A program made the translations under genes and the position numbers. From Octopus sinensis (taxonomy: Eukaryota): a DNA stretch of 64,000 bases. The notes below the pieces were generated by a model. The model saw only the letters and a program-made list of their open reading frames with translations, did no database searches and was not told where the DNA came from. Positions 37,170 to 51,290 of the stretch are shown piece by piece. Every line of letters starts with the position of its first letter. Position 1 is the stretch's first letter. Location: NCBI RefSeq assembly GCF_006345805.1, contig NC_043006.1, positions 101,928,001 to 101,992,000 of the forward strand, written 5' to 3'.

Positions 37170-37790
37170 CCCTCAACTTAGTGGGGTATAGAATGAAGGG
37201 ATAACAAACAATGATAGAGAGACAAGGAGCAGGTGTCTTGCTGAAGAGGTGAATATATGACTTACCCACCTTGAGGGAGAAAGAGAGAGAGAGAGAGAGA
37301 ATGTGATGTGAGGCCCAAGTACAAGGTTAATATGAGACAGAAAATGTAGATGTGTAGGTAAGTGCCCTGAGTGGAGAAGGTGTGGCAAATGTTTAGAGAT
37401 AAAACTTGGGTGCAGAGAATATTAATTCAGCCGAGGGAAGAGTGAAGAGTATAGGATGACAGAAGAGTTATCGAAAACTGTGTGTTAGAAGATAAGTTGT
37501 TGGGGAAAGTCTGATAAGACCTCAATTCTGCTAAGATGAACAAGTCTGCTAAGATGAACAGCATATCACCATTCATCTCAGTTTCCCTGCCATGCCCTTT
37601 GAGAGGCTCAACATCTTGGTCAATCTTCACCATCTCAGCCAACATCTTCCTAAGTCTTCCTCTTTCACTGGTTCCTTTCACATTTAGCTATCAACACTCC
37701 TCGTCCATTCACATCATATGACCATACCAGCACAGTTTTCTCTCTTTCACACAATGGCAATTCTTCATAGTCATAGCACTGTATAATTCG
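37170..37790 (-). pseudogene. Decayed RTE LINE C-terminus with adjacent 3' UTR
   Basis: KGTSERGRLRKMLAEMVK resembles RGRPRKTWxEVV; the downstream UTR contains agcaagacacct, also seen upstream of the VNTR in other copies. Confidence 0.6.
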
Positions 37791-38599
37791 TCTGAAGTGG
37801 TCTGGTGTCTGAAGGTTTAATTTGAAATCTCTTGTCTGAAAATTTATGTATGTCTGTGTGTTTGAATAGATACAGATAGATATGGTTATGACTATGTGCA
37901 CAGTGCTTGCATACAATGAACATAAAACAGAATGATATTGGTAATTACTTGCTATACTGACGTACTTGATTTTGTTGTGTATACTGTAAATTACTTTATT
38001 AATCTCTGAAGAATATCTAAAGATACTTGACAAAAGTCACAATTGTGTAATTCTATTTTTGACAATGAATCTCTGAAGGGAATTTTCTCATTAAAATCTT
38101 AGCTGTTAGCTTTTAGTCACACAATTTTCGCAACTCTTTTGTCATACAAATTCATATTGTAAATTCAACTCTTGTTTTTTCACTTCTAAAACTTAATCTG
38201 TCTTGCTTTTGATTGCTAATTGATGTTCACCTGCTTTTCTCTTTATTGCTTCCCTCCTATTACTAACTAATACTCATTTCACTATAACTAGTTTAACTGC
38301 TAATTTCAGTTTTATTCATTGACTGTATAGTTGTCTGACCTCAGGTCAGTACTTCTTGAACAGACTTATGATCAAAGACATCTTAACTGTAACCATCTCA
38401 TCTTTTATTCAGATGTAGGACATCAAAGACCACATTATTCAATATGTCCTTGGTTTTAAATGGAATAATGTGATTTAAAGGAAACTCAACTGCTATTTCT
38501 TGCAGGCCAAGTGACTGTATACAGACTACCTCATTGAGTTGTTGTTTATTGATTAAATCATTGCCTGAGTTTAATACATACTTAAAGGTAGTCAATGTA

Positions 38600-39064
38600 T
38601 GGGTTAATGTCCAGTTATTAGAAATGAATCAATATTCATGGCTTGTGATCAGTTTAAGACAAATCAATACTTATGGTTAATGTCCACTTTACAAATCATT
38701 TGGTATTAATGTCCATGTCTGATCAGTGTCCACTTTATGAAGATAGACGTTGCCTAGGTTTAACGACCACTTTACAAAGGTGGATCAGTCTCTGGGGTTA
38801 ACACCCTGTTTGTGAAATTGCAGCAACATCTAGGATTAATGTCAAATTTGTAAAAGTGAGCCAAAACATGGGTTTAAAGCATGCTTTATGAGAGTGGGTC
38901 AGTATCAGTTGTTAATGTCCACTTTATAAAGGTGTCTCAGTATTTGTGGTCATTGCCTATGTAATGAGAGTGGATCACTGTGTGCTGTTAACATCAAGTT
39001 AATAGTTAAGGTTAAACAATTTGTTTTGATGTCCAATTTGTGAAGGTGAATCTGTGTCCAGTTT
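38600..39064. repeat. Degenerate 38-bp tandem array with internal palindrome
   Basis: ttaa(t/c)-like anchors at 38760, 38798, 38836, 38874, 38912, 38950, 38988, 39026; approximate consensus ggttaatgtccactttatgaaagtggatcagtatctg. Confidence 0.8.
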
Positions 39065-39427
39065 AGTAATTAGAGATTTAAGGTTAGCAGTTCCAGACAG
39101 ATCTAGTGACAAAGAAAGAAAGGTTAATAAATATATTTAGTATAAGTTGGGCAAAAGAAACAGTTATGACATGGGGATGTTAGACAAGATGATAAAATTA
39201 TTAGGTTCAGTGGGGAAAGAAAGGGATATAGAAACAGTACTAAACAAAGATACATTATAAGTTACTGTTGTTATTTAATCCCAAACTAGCCTTGATTTGA
39301 GAGGCATTTTATCAATAGCATTCCATCCTTTATCATCTGAGCTTATATTCAGATATAACATTTGTGGTACTACCTTATACTTTGCCTTATTTTTTATAAA
39401 ACTGTTGGACTGCTGTGTGTAGCTTAT

Positions 39428-39647
39428 CCCTATTGCATTTAAATAAGCCAATCCAGCCCAACTATTCTACTTCTTTTATGTTCACACTGGCCAGATTCAG
39501 CCTCTCACATTTACCTTACGACATTATTGTAAATATAAACAATCACATTATTGAAATCTCAAAGCTATTAGGTAATGCATACATTATTGAAAACAGGATG
39601 AATAAATAAATGTTATACTGGACACGGAAATTTGAATGCTAAAAGGT
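39428..39647. mobile_element. piggyBac-type MITE, diverged relative of 11265-11481
   Basis: ccctattgcatttaaa..cctctcacatttacc..aacaatcacattattgaaatct..aatgctaaaaggtttaa. Confidence 0.7.
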
Positions 39648-40398
39648 TTAAGAAGATTTAACTGAATGATCTTGAAGAGGCTCTAACATTGGCACTTACA
39701 ATTTGCACATACAATATGTCCTTTATTTAAGATGTGATTTCAGGAAAATTTGGCTACTATTTTTACAGGTCAAAGAGTCACTTAGAAGCTCCCTCTTTGA
39801 CTTGAGTGTTATAGGTTCTGTTACAATAAAATATCGTAAGTTGTTTGAAATTGTTAGACTTGACTTTTATTATGGGAAGTTGAAGCTCTTTCTTTGCCTT
39901 CATTGTACTCTTTTATCCTAATGTAATCTCACAGTCATGACTATGTCATTAGGAAGTTTTTGTAATCATGGTTGTTCCAGTTTCAATCCCATTATGCAGC
40001 ACCTTGAGCAAGTTTCTTCTCCTTAAAGTCCAGATTGACTCTAGCATTGCGAATGAAACTGACTTAACAGATGCTATGTGAGTGCAGCAGATGGATGCTA
40101 TCTGACCATCAGTGGAGTCCATTCCATTTAAGACACACAGATCAGGTCTCCAGCCTGAGGGATATCCTGTGAGCCATAGTCCATTTTTTTCTTTACACCC
40201 AACCAATTTTGAAAGCCTTGCAAAATGTTATGGGCTCTACCGTTCCACATCTAATTAAACTACAAAAAACTGCTAATGTTTGAACTGTGTAGTCTACCTT
40301 TTCAGTACAATAGCATCTACATGCATTTATTGTTTCAGAAAGCATTAGAAAAATTTAAATATATCATCCATAAAATCATTTTTCTATGTTATTTTCAG

Positions 40399-40472
40399 GG
40401 GTACTGGGACGGTATTCGTGAAAAAATTCTTGCAGAACTTGATCGGCCCCGGAATTATGAACAGCATTTACG
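40399..40472 (+). CDS. Probable internal coding exon of an unidentified gene (GYWDGIREKILAELDRPRNYEQHLR)
   Basis: Acceptor ttctatgttattttcag|G and consensus donor CG|gtaagt; locally GC/CpG-rich; open in phase 0 with A/T-ending codons. A second frame (GTGTVFVKKFLQNLIGPGIMNSIY) is also open. Confidence 0.7.
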
Positions 40473-40633
40473 GTAAGTCAGTTTGAAACACTTTCAGACA
40501 CATGGACTGTGTAATATCAATATTGTGGGGAAATATTCTTGATGTGTGTCTGTATATGTGTATATGTGTGTATGTATGTATATGTATATATATATATATA
40601 TATATATACATACATATATATATGTGTATATAT

Positions 40634-40668
<35 letters not shown>

Positions 40669-40976
40669 GGAAAAAAAGTAAAGATAGAAAATGCTAAAAT
40701 AACTTTCTAAAAAATATTTCAGTACTGCTTTTAGTCATTGAAACTTTTTCAACTGTAAGTATGGAAAACAATTAAATTTGGGTAAAATTAAAAGAAAAGT
40801 TTTTTAAAAGAATATTTTTGCATAGTGTTTAAATGCAAGTGGCATTTTCTTTGTCTCTGCCTCTTTCTCTCTCTCTCTCTCTCTTGTTTATATATATATA
40901 TAAACATTTTTTTTCAGAATGAGATAAAAAAAAAAACCAAGGTTGTGAAGATTTTAGAACATCTATAAATAGAAGG

Positions 40977-41023
40977 TCTTACAACCGTTTCCAGAATATT
41001 TATTATATCCCTTCATCGGAGAC
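40977..41023 (-). ncRNA. Hammerhead-ribozyme-like motif, one core substitution
   Basis: Minus strand reads GTCT CCGATGA AGGGATAT AATAA ATATTCTG GAAAC GGTT GT A AGAC. Perfect stem I; U4 changed to C. Confidence 0.6.
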
Positions 41024-41063
41024 GATGTGAGAAAATGGTTAAGCAATAGTTAATTTAGATAGG

Positions 41064-41104
<41 letters not shown>

Positions 41105-42319
41105 GGTTTACTTATATACACTCACATACTTGTATATATTCCATAGCTTTTACATCCATTTTTCCATGCTGGCATTGGTTGTGGTGTGTGTGTGGGGGGG
41201 TGATGGAGATGTAATTGCAAAAACATTTACTTATGCATCTGTGTATATATACATATATATGTCTTTGTGTTATTGTTAAAGTCTAACCAATGATGAGTGA
41301 TTCAAAATGGTGAAAATATGTCTATATGTCTTCTAAGCTACTTACTAGTTTATAGGTTTATGTGCTATAGATTAGAAATGTACTTTGCCATAAATGTATG
41401 TGCTTTGTACAAGTGACTTCACACAAAGAAAGAATGCTAACAAATGCAAATTAGGTGGAAAAATGTTGTTGCTTGTATAGAGTCTTGTACATTGAAATGA
41501 TGGACTGTTGAGAAATAAAACTGAAATATATATATTGCTATTGGTTCTACAGAAATCAGTATAGTGAGGTAAAACACTAGCACACACACATATCCTCATA
41601 TGAATATACATATATATATATGTGTGTGTCTGTGTTTGTATGTATGTATGTAGGTAGGTAGGTAGGTATATAGATATATATATATCTATATATCTATATA
41701 TATATATATATATTACGCTAAAATAAATGTGATTTGTTGCAGATTGCTATATGTTTTGATATATAATAACTTTTTAGATGAATGGAGTATCAGTTTAGCT
41801 TAGGAAATGTTATATTTGAGCATACGTGCATTTTCTATATTTAGAAAATCCAAGTACTCATTTATCCTATCCCATATTTAGTTGTATATTCCATCATTGG
41901 AACTAATATTTCATTCATTTGAAAAGCTTGTATAGAGTGAAACATATGGTCATTTGTAATGAATCATATTGAATTTAATGTAATACAATAATATTCTCAA
42001 CATCTAAGAAGTGCATGCATGTGTGTGTGCTCAAGAGAGCTCTTTAGTTCTGACAAGAACGTGACAATTACTCTAGTGGTACCATTATCATAAATTGCAC
42101 ACAGTACATTATTTAAAGAGATTGTTGTTTGAAGGTCATACAAGCCATAAAAACCATGAAAAATATGAAATGTATGAGTTACATTTGTTTCTCTCGCCCA
42201 TCTACAAGGGCAGTAACTCAAAATAAGAACTACTTAAGCTCATGACAAACCATTTAAATCAAGCCAGCATGGAAAGCTGATGTCAAAACTGTTGACAATT
42301 CTATGATTAAGTACATGTA

Positions 42320-42382
<63 letters not shown>

Positions 42383-42720
42383 ATATATAAATATATGTTG
42401 TTAGAAAGTTAGCAGATGAGACATTCTGGTAAGTCACCTATACTACTAAGTGCTTTGTAGGTGTGAAACCAATGGTCACTCTATGACCGGCCAACCAGTC
42501 ATAACATTTAGAAGATATATTACTGCTCTAATACTTAAAAGTGTGCTTCTTTCTGAGATATATGAACTACTGAAAATATAGGATAGTATTTTTAATAAAT
42601 AAGACTAAAACTAAGTGATAACCACCAAAGAAGAACACAGTATATGAGTAGAGTTTAAATATCATATAAAAGAAATACAGTGATTGTGATTATACTGTAT
42701 CATCAGCACAGGATGCAAAT

Positions 42721-42761
42721 CTGTCTGATGAGCTACTAGTACTGAAACTTCTAAGTTATAG
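42721..42761 (+). ncRNA. Minimal hammerhead-ribozyme-like motif
   Basis: CTGT CTGATGA GCTACTAGTACT GAAAC TTCTAA GT T ATAG. Intact core, stem I CTGT/ATAG, near-palindromic helix III, weak stem II. Confidence 0.55.
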
Positions 42762-43151
42762 TCTGATAAACATATTTTCTAATTATGTGTGTTGCATATG
42801 CATGTAGGTGCATGTATGTGTGTTTGAGCTTGTCTCTGCATATACAGCCCACTGTATTAAATATATAGCTCCTCAGAAAAATTGCTAGGTATGAAACATA
42901 AGTAAGACATTGGATGCTCATTGAAGATAAAAATTATATGCTCACCATTCATATGTATCAACTTCTTTCTTACATTAGTTCTCATACATATAATATACTC
43001 TCTCTTTCTCACACACACACGCATGCATGTATGTTTATGTTTATCCATATGAAAACATTAAGAAGCTGAGTATGCATAGACACATGTGGAAATATTTGTA
43101 GGACCTGTTGTGTGTGTGTGTGTGTTTAGTATCACATGATCTATTTCTTAA

Positions 43152-43357
43152 CCTTCATTTATGTCTGATTAATTTTTACTGAGGTCTAATACTTTCTGTT
43201 TGAATACTTAAGTGACACCTTATCATTATTTCATAGTCTGTTTACATTGAAAATACGTGTACATGTATATAGACTATGAATTTATAAAGTTTCACATAAG
43301 TATTCAAACAGATAGTAGTAGAGACCTCAGTAAAAATTAATCAGACAGAAACGAGGG
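43152..43357. mobile_element. Palindromic piggyBac-type MITE
   Basis: TTAA|ccttcatttatgtctgattaatttttactgaggtct.. pairs with ..agacctcagtaaaaattaatcagacagaaacgaggg|TTAA; inner ttcatagtct/agactatgaa also pair. Confidence 0.82.
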
Positions 43358-45270
43358 TTAAGTGTGTGTATGTCTATACATATGTACTGACACACACACA
43401 CACACACACACTTGCAGGTGTGTCTGCAATATGTTAATATTTTATCTTCTTTTGGTATTCTCTCTTGGTAACAGTATTTTCAACTTTGATCTTCATTCTA
43501 TAAGGAGCTTCATTTATTTTAAATGGCTTCATTAAAGATCTGTTGCTAGATTTGGTAATTCTGTACTGGTTATATAATTGAATGAAAGAATTTTCTATAT
43601 CGCAATTGTATGTTTTCCAACCATTCTTCATCTGATAATAATAGTGTACTAATGTTAGTACAGTTTAGCAAGTGTTTATATATGGAATAGTCAGATTAGT
43701 GTAGCTGGACTTATTACAATGAGATATTCAGTGGAGTTATCAATTTAGTCATATGAAGTTTAGTAAGATTATTATTTGAAAGATAGTTATATTGAAATAA
43801 GCACACTAAATGAATGATAGTGAAATAGGCAAACTACTAGTCTATACTATGGTAGTTGAAGGAGAGTATGTAACCTGGTTTTTGTTTCATTGGGAAAATG
43901 TTAAGAAGAAGATTATTTTTATTACATTGTTAATCACAAGTACTTGAGGCTTCTTTTCAGACTGAAGAAGGTTAGCAATAAGATTATGATATAAGAGTAT
44001 GCATAGGGAGCAGCTTACAGTCTTTAAGGTATATAGGAAGGGGATTGTTTCTGAGGAACATTTTGTGCAAGGATCAAAGAGACTGGGACACATCATAAAT
44101 TATTATGACTAAAATCAAAGAGATGAGTTAAATGAGTGATCACAAACGAAGTAGGAGCATGATCAACAGTTTGCAGAAAGGTCTTTCAGTTTTATTAGAA
44201 GAGGCAGAGTTAAGATAAAATGTGCATGTTAGAATTTACAATTGTGGCTTACTATTTGAAATGTGAAAATGGTATTGTATACAGTCTTAAGAACTTGCCA
44301 GCTAACACAGCTTTGTTGATGTATTAAAGAAGAACCAGACATATTTTAAATCTTGGCAACACTCTGATTGTGATTTTCTACTGCAGACTTTTCATATATG
44401 TGTCGTGGAGTTTTGAACTTTTCAGAGGATGTCTGCATTTAATACAGTTGTGTTATTTATCCTTGAAGTAAATAGCATTAGCATTCTTCTAGTTGAATGA
44501 ATGAAAACAGAAATACATTAGTTATATCAATGTAAGCTGGCTATTTTGAAATACTCATAATAGTGAAATTAGAACTATCATAATAATAGATCCAGTGTAA
44601 TCTGATTATCTACAATGTTGCCTGTGTTACTGTGATAGGTAATCCATTGAAAAAGCATTGAGGGCAAAATAACACAAGCATAAAAAAAAAATGGTGGACT
44701 ATATACCATACACACATTATACATCCCTATATATGTCTATATTTGTATATGTATGTGTGTTTATATATATATAGTTATTAGTTTTACAGTTTGACGTTAT
44801 TCAAAACATCTATATTGCTCTTCTTACAGTGTTCTTTTTTTCCTTTTTCTCAATAAAGGAGTATTGCCCAGAATATTGAACACTCTAAATCATCCTTACA
44901 ATATAAAACTAAAATTATGTTTTATTTATTCTTATTTGTCCACTTCATTTCCCCTGATAGTTTTTCACTGGTTACTAAAAAAATATTAGATGAGCTTGTA
45001 TACTATTGTTCCCTTTACTATACTCTGTGTGATAATAAACTACAATACTTATATTGAAGAATAGTTCTGTTACATATGAAATAGGATATATAAGATTAAA
45101 TTATCTACATGATTTAACACCTATTTATACATATTAACGTTGGGATATACAATCTCAAGTTAATTTGAGAGACCAAACATTCTGAGATCTAACTTCACAA
45201 TTTCCAGTGATTTTCTTTGTCTCTCTCTGCCATATGTTACATTCTGTTGTATCTATATATTTGTCTAGAC

Positions 45271-45589
45271 CAGTGATTCTCAACAAGGGTCCATATAAGA
45301 TTTTAGGGGTCTGCACGACAAAATAGTAAATTGGGGATTCACAATAATATTTTAAGAGCCCCTGAAGAAATTTTGCTCTAGATATACGTATTGTAAGAAA
45401 CAGCTAGGATTCTTTCTCTTGCATTTTACATAGTTCAACCTACACAAGTTAATGTGTGAAAAACAAATTAAGAATTTTGAAAAGAGTTTCTATAAAACTA
45501 GTTTCTAAACAACAAATGGTTATGGAGAGGTCCACCAAAATAAAATAGCAATCAAAGGGGTCCATAGGTAAAAAATGTTTGACAACTTG
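45271..45589. mobile_element. hAT (Charlie/Buster-like) MITE, right end decayed
   Basis: gtctagac|cagtgattctcaac left end (typical NNNTANNN target plus CAGTGGTTCTCAA-type TIR); right TIR only weakly recognisable. Confidence 0.55.
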
Positions 45590-46287
45590 AATGTATCTGA
45601 GAGTGGAATTAACTCAATCATTTTCATCTTAGTACCAATGTTTTTAACGTTTATCAAAGAAGAATGTATCATAATGTTGATTTGAACTCAAAAACAGTGA
45701 GGTACTGAACAAGCTACTCTAAAGCGTCTCAGCTAACTAACACTCTACTACTTCCGCTAACTCCATTTTCTTACTTTAATTACTAATTCAGGTAAATGAA
45801 TGAAAATGCATGTATATTATGCAGTAATACTTGATGAACTGGTTAGCTTGTAGCTAAGATATTAATTGGCAATATGAAACCAGATAGCCAAAGTAAAATT
45901 AACTATAGATTAATAGTACAGCTGAACTGGTTAGATGGGGGGGAAATGCTTTAATTAGTGTTGCAACATAAACTAGTTTGATTAAAAATAGCAGATTAAT
46001 TATTTACATGCAGACTGCCAGACTATATTGCAAATTTACATTATTTAATAACAGGTGCATTATTTAAATATCAATAATGGAGAGAGAAACTGGCTACGTT
46101 GAAAAAGATATATTTAGTCAGAATACTGTGTTATATCGAAACTGAAATATACATAGGTTTGCCTCCTCAGGCTGCTTGCAATTTTAAATATTAATTTTTA
46201 GAGGCAACAAATCTATGGCATATCATATTAAATTATCAACCTATTAAGTAAGAACCAACCTAAATGTAATCCTCATATATATATATG

Positions 46288-46614
46288 TGGCCAGCCTCGC
46301 CTGGCCCCCGTGCCAGTGGCACGTAAAAAGTACCATCCGTTCGTGGCCGTTGCCAGCCTCGCCTGGCCCCCGTGCCGGTGGCACATAAAAAGCACCATCT
46401 GATCGTGGCCGTTTGCCAGACTCGTCTGGTACCTGTGCTGGTGGCACGTAAAAAGCACCCACTACACTCACGGAGTGGTTGGCGTTAGGAAGGGCATCCA
46501 GCCGTAAAAACATTACCAGATCAAACTGGGCCTGGTGCAGCCTTCTGGCTTCCCAGACCCCAGTTGAACCATCCAACCCATGCTAGCATGGAAAGCGGAC
46601 GCTAAACGATGATG
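46288..46614 (+). mobile_element. (GAT)n-tailed hairpin-VNTR element, about three units
   Basis: gccagcctcgcctggcccccgtgcc(a/g)gtggcac units, ggttggcgttaggaagggcatccagc, tail gctaaacgatgatg. Confidence 0.92.
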
Positions 46615-46910
46615 TGTGTGTGTGTATGATGACGATAGTGTCTCATGGTCTCAGAAAGACACTTCTGCAATTTCTTGCTAAGCAACCTGCACAAATGCTT
46701 TGCTTATAGTGAACAAACATGTGTACTTTACTCTCTCTTTCAAATTAATGTTACCTGAACAGCTGCACAGTGCACCATGTGTCAGGCGTCAAAGTGATCT
46801 CAGAGCAATGTGAGATGAAGTTGTTTTGCTCAAGAACACAACATACCACCCAGTCCAGTAATTGAAATCACAATCTCACAATCATGAGTGCAACACCCTA
46901 TATATATATA

Positions 46911-48151
<1,241 letters not shown>

Positions 48152-48169
48152 TATTGTTATACTTGGGGG

Positions 48170-49190
48170 TGGTCATATTTTGCCGTTTAAACTCACACAC
48201 TATATGTTTGGTCTTTACTCCAGCTTTATTATTATTATTATTTTTGTTTCCTTGTCAAAGCTCTTTCGTCATACATCCTGTCACCTCTGCATTGACTCCT
48301 TATCCCACATGTCCCCTCTTGTTTTTCTTAGTCCATTTTGTCTTTCTGTGGTGTGTATCCTTATCTCTACTGTGTTGTGTGAGTGTGTATGGGTTTATGT
48401 GTTATACTGTTTGTATCTGTGTCTCTTTTTTTTCTTCTCTCATTATGTCTTTACTCGTCACATCGCATAGGATGGTGGAGTGGAGGGGTGTTATTCTATT
48501 CATGTTTTCTGTTGAGGCTCAGTCTATCTATTGCTATGTGTGTGGTCTCCGTAATCTGTCTTAGGGTCCTGTCTGTTCTATGTGTTAATAACATTTTAAC
48601 ATCTATGTTATTAACCAACGCTTCATGTTCTAATTGAGCATGTTGGAGCTTTTCTCCTCCTTGAACTCCCATCAGTGTGCACCTATCCACTCACCTATGC
48701 TACATGTTGTTTCCCCAATGTATGTCACTGCTCTGTTTCTGCACCATCCCTCAGTACACCTTATACTATAAACTACATTCATAATCTTCCTTTTTACCTG
48801 TGGCTTCATCCTATACAGCTGCTATCTGTACATGAGGTTTTCCCAAATGGATATGTTCTATAGATCCGGGTTTTTATGGGAGTCCCTAGCCTTTCTACTT
48901 CTTTAATCTGTAGATTCATCTTGTCTAAGGTTTTCCTAAAAAGCTGTGCTAGTTCACCACCCAGAGTAGCATCAACAAACTAGTATATAGTTTATTATGT
49001 TAACCCATTTAGTTTGTTTATTTAATTACTGCTTTCCTATGCTAGTATAGATTTGGATAGGTATGTATTTGAGGCTTGGTTTTAAAGCCAGATATACGTT
49101 CTTTTGCTAACCCTTACCTGTTTTTCAAGTAACGGATTTTTCATTCCATAAATCCCCAAAAGAGCTGAGCAACTAGTCATAAATGTAAAT
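48170..49190 (-). mobile_element. Penelope-like element remnant (GIY-YIG endonuclease region and pLTR-like 3' sequence)
   Basis: Minus strand FVDATLGGELA..RTYPFGKTSCTDSSC..VVYSIRC..YIGETTCSIGE..RQITET..LNRKHE*. Confidence 0.85.
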
Positions 49191-49269
49191 ATCAGTCACT
49201 GTTCTACCAAAGTGAAACCATGTGATGTCAACATCATATATCTCATTGTCATTGTTGGCTGTCCATCAT

Positions 49270-49600
49270 AGGAATGCATGGCTCTCTAGTGCAGGTACAT
49301 CAAGGCCCTGACACAAGTCTAACTTCATTATTTGTGCTCCACCTTGCCGATCAGATGGTAGATCACATTCTTGATGTAGAGGTCCTGTGCTCGGGTGGCA
49401 CAGTTAGTGTGAAGGCCCTCATTACTTTATCACAGCTGCACTGGGCAGAATGTGTTTGCAGAATTGTGGGCAAGAGGCGCCCAATGCAGTTTTCTAGTTT
49501 GAACTGCATCAGAGTAGGAGGAACCGTGGTAGCTAGAGGTTGTGATTTAGGGATGTGCTGAAGGGGTATATGAAGAACTTCAACATTTCCCCGTTATCTT
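49270..49600 (+). pseudogene. Decayed RTE (BovB-like) LINE C-terminal fragment
   Basis: VKALITLSQLHWAECVCRIVGKRRPMQ and FRDVLKGYMKNFNI resemble the SQLRWAGHVxRM..RFKDxLK motifs. Confidence 0.7.
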
Positions 49601-50365
49601 GAAAGACATATCCATCTAGCTCAAGTTTAATAGTTATACTAGTTATAAACTTTGTATCTTATATTATAACACTTATTATATAAGGGAGCACATTTCAGTC
49701 AATAAATCACCAGGACAATATCATGGAATACAATATTAATAATTATGGACATATATTGATAAATGTAACCCAAACAGGATTATATGTTTAGTTATAAATA
49801 TACTTAAACACTTATATCTATTTGCATTAATGCTCAAATATGCAAGAACTAGTTTACTTAAGACTGAAAGCTTTCAAATTATTAACCTCATCTTCTGAAG
49901 GGTACATTTACAATATTCGCACAATGTTTTCATCAGTTAAATCACTGATTGTCATATTCTTGGATATGTGTTCCTAGATACAAAGTACATACATGGCCGA
50001 GTGATGAAGATGTTCACTTTGCAGTCATTGAACATTGTGTGAGTCCATCTTATATGCATTGCTGTGTGTTTCTTTGTGTTTCTCACACTACTGCTAGAAA
50101 TCTAAGATAGAGGATATAAACAAACCAACACTGGTTGATTTATGTCCCCAAACTTAGTGTTTCAGTAAATGAAACTGATAGAATAAGTACCTGGACTAAA
50201 ATTAGTACTGGTGTCATTTTGTTTGTCTAACCCTACTAGGCAGTGCTCCAGAATTGCCACCGTCCAGTAACCAAAAGGCAAGGAAAAGAATCAAATAATG
50301 AGTAATTGAATGTCATTAAGGAAGTTTATCTTCTAATCTGAGAATAATAATATCTTTATCAGTTA

Positions 50366-50752
50366 AGCCACATGTGGTAGGTAAGAAGCTTGCTTTCCAA
50401 CCAAATGCTTCCGGGTTCAAGTCCACTGTGTGATACCTTGGGTGTCTTCTACTATAGCCTCAGGCTGACCAAAGCCTTGTGAGGGGATTTGGTTGAAGGA
50501 AACCGAAAAAAGCCTGTTGTGTGTGTGTGGGTGCGTGTCTTTGCACCTGTGTTTTCCCCCCACTCACCACTTGACAACTGGTGTTGGTGTGTTTACATCC
50601 CTGTAACTTAGTGGTTCACCAAAAGAAACCAATAGAATAAGTACTAGGTTTAAGAAATAAATCCTAGGGTTGATTTAACTAAAAATCCCTTCAAGGCGGT
50701 ACTCCAGCATGGCCACAGTCAAATGATTGAAACAAGTAAAAGAATAAAAGAA
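50366..50752 (+). mobile_element. Family C SINE, full length, tail T1
   Basis: gtaagaagcttgct..gggttcaagtcc..ccttggg..aaagccttgtgag..ccagcatggccacagtcaaatgattgaaacaagtaaaagaataaaag. Confidence 0.88.
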
Positions 50753-51084
50753 TGCACTCTAAAGGTAAGGTTAATTCTAGTCTTATAAAAACTTCAGCTT
50801 ATTTCAGACATTTAAAAGAAGTCATAGGCTTATGGACTACCATTGGTCAGATTTTGATCCAACCAGTGATTATACTCAGAAACTGGGATGTGCCATTTTG
50901 CTCAGTTTTCCAAGTTGGATTCTGTGCACTATGTCCTTTTGTCTGAGGATCCTGCTGGGTTGATGGCTTATCTTAATTGGCCACATGCCTCATGGTCATG
51001 GCAGGACGTGGAGCTTTCTTGAGGGGATGGGAACCAACTGAGGTACTACTCAGATTGTTGCCTGGCACAACCTGAGTAGATATT

Positions 51085-51290
51085 GGTTTCAAATTTTGCC
51101 ACAAGGGCAACCATTTTGGAGGAGGGGAAGAATCGATTACAACCCCACCTGGTACTTATTCAACTGGTATTTATCTTATCGACCCCAAAGGAATGAGAGA
51201 CAGTCAACTTCAGCAGAATTTGAACTCAGAACATAAAGACAGATGAAATACCACTAAGTATTTCGCCTGACATGCTAACAATTCTGCCAG
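51085..51290 (-). mobile_element. Family M SINE
   Basis: atcgaccccaaaggaatgagagac..atttgaactcagaacataaagac..ttctgccag. Confidence 0.85.

Noticed and set aside
46288-46460. HDV-like ribozyme in the VNTR unit (gccagcctcgcctggc resembles P3/L3)
   Set aside because: I could not assign P1, P1.1 and P2 pairings in the required order
48200-48275. Hammerhead in the Penelope terminal region
   Set aside because: Only atgacga and aaac remain, and the stems cannot be reconstructed with confidence
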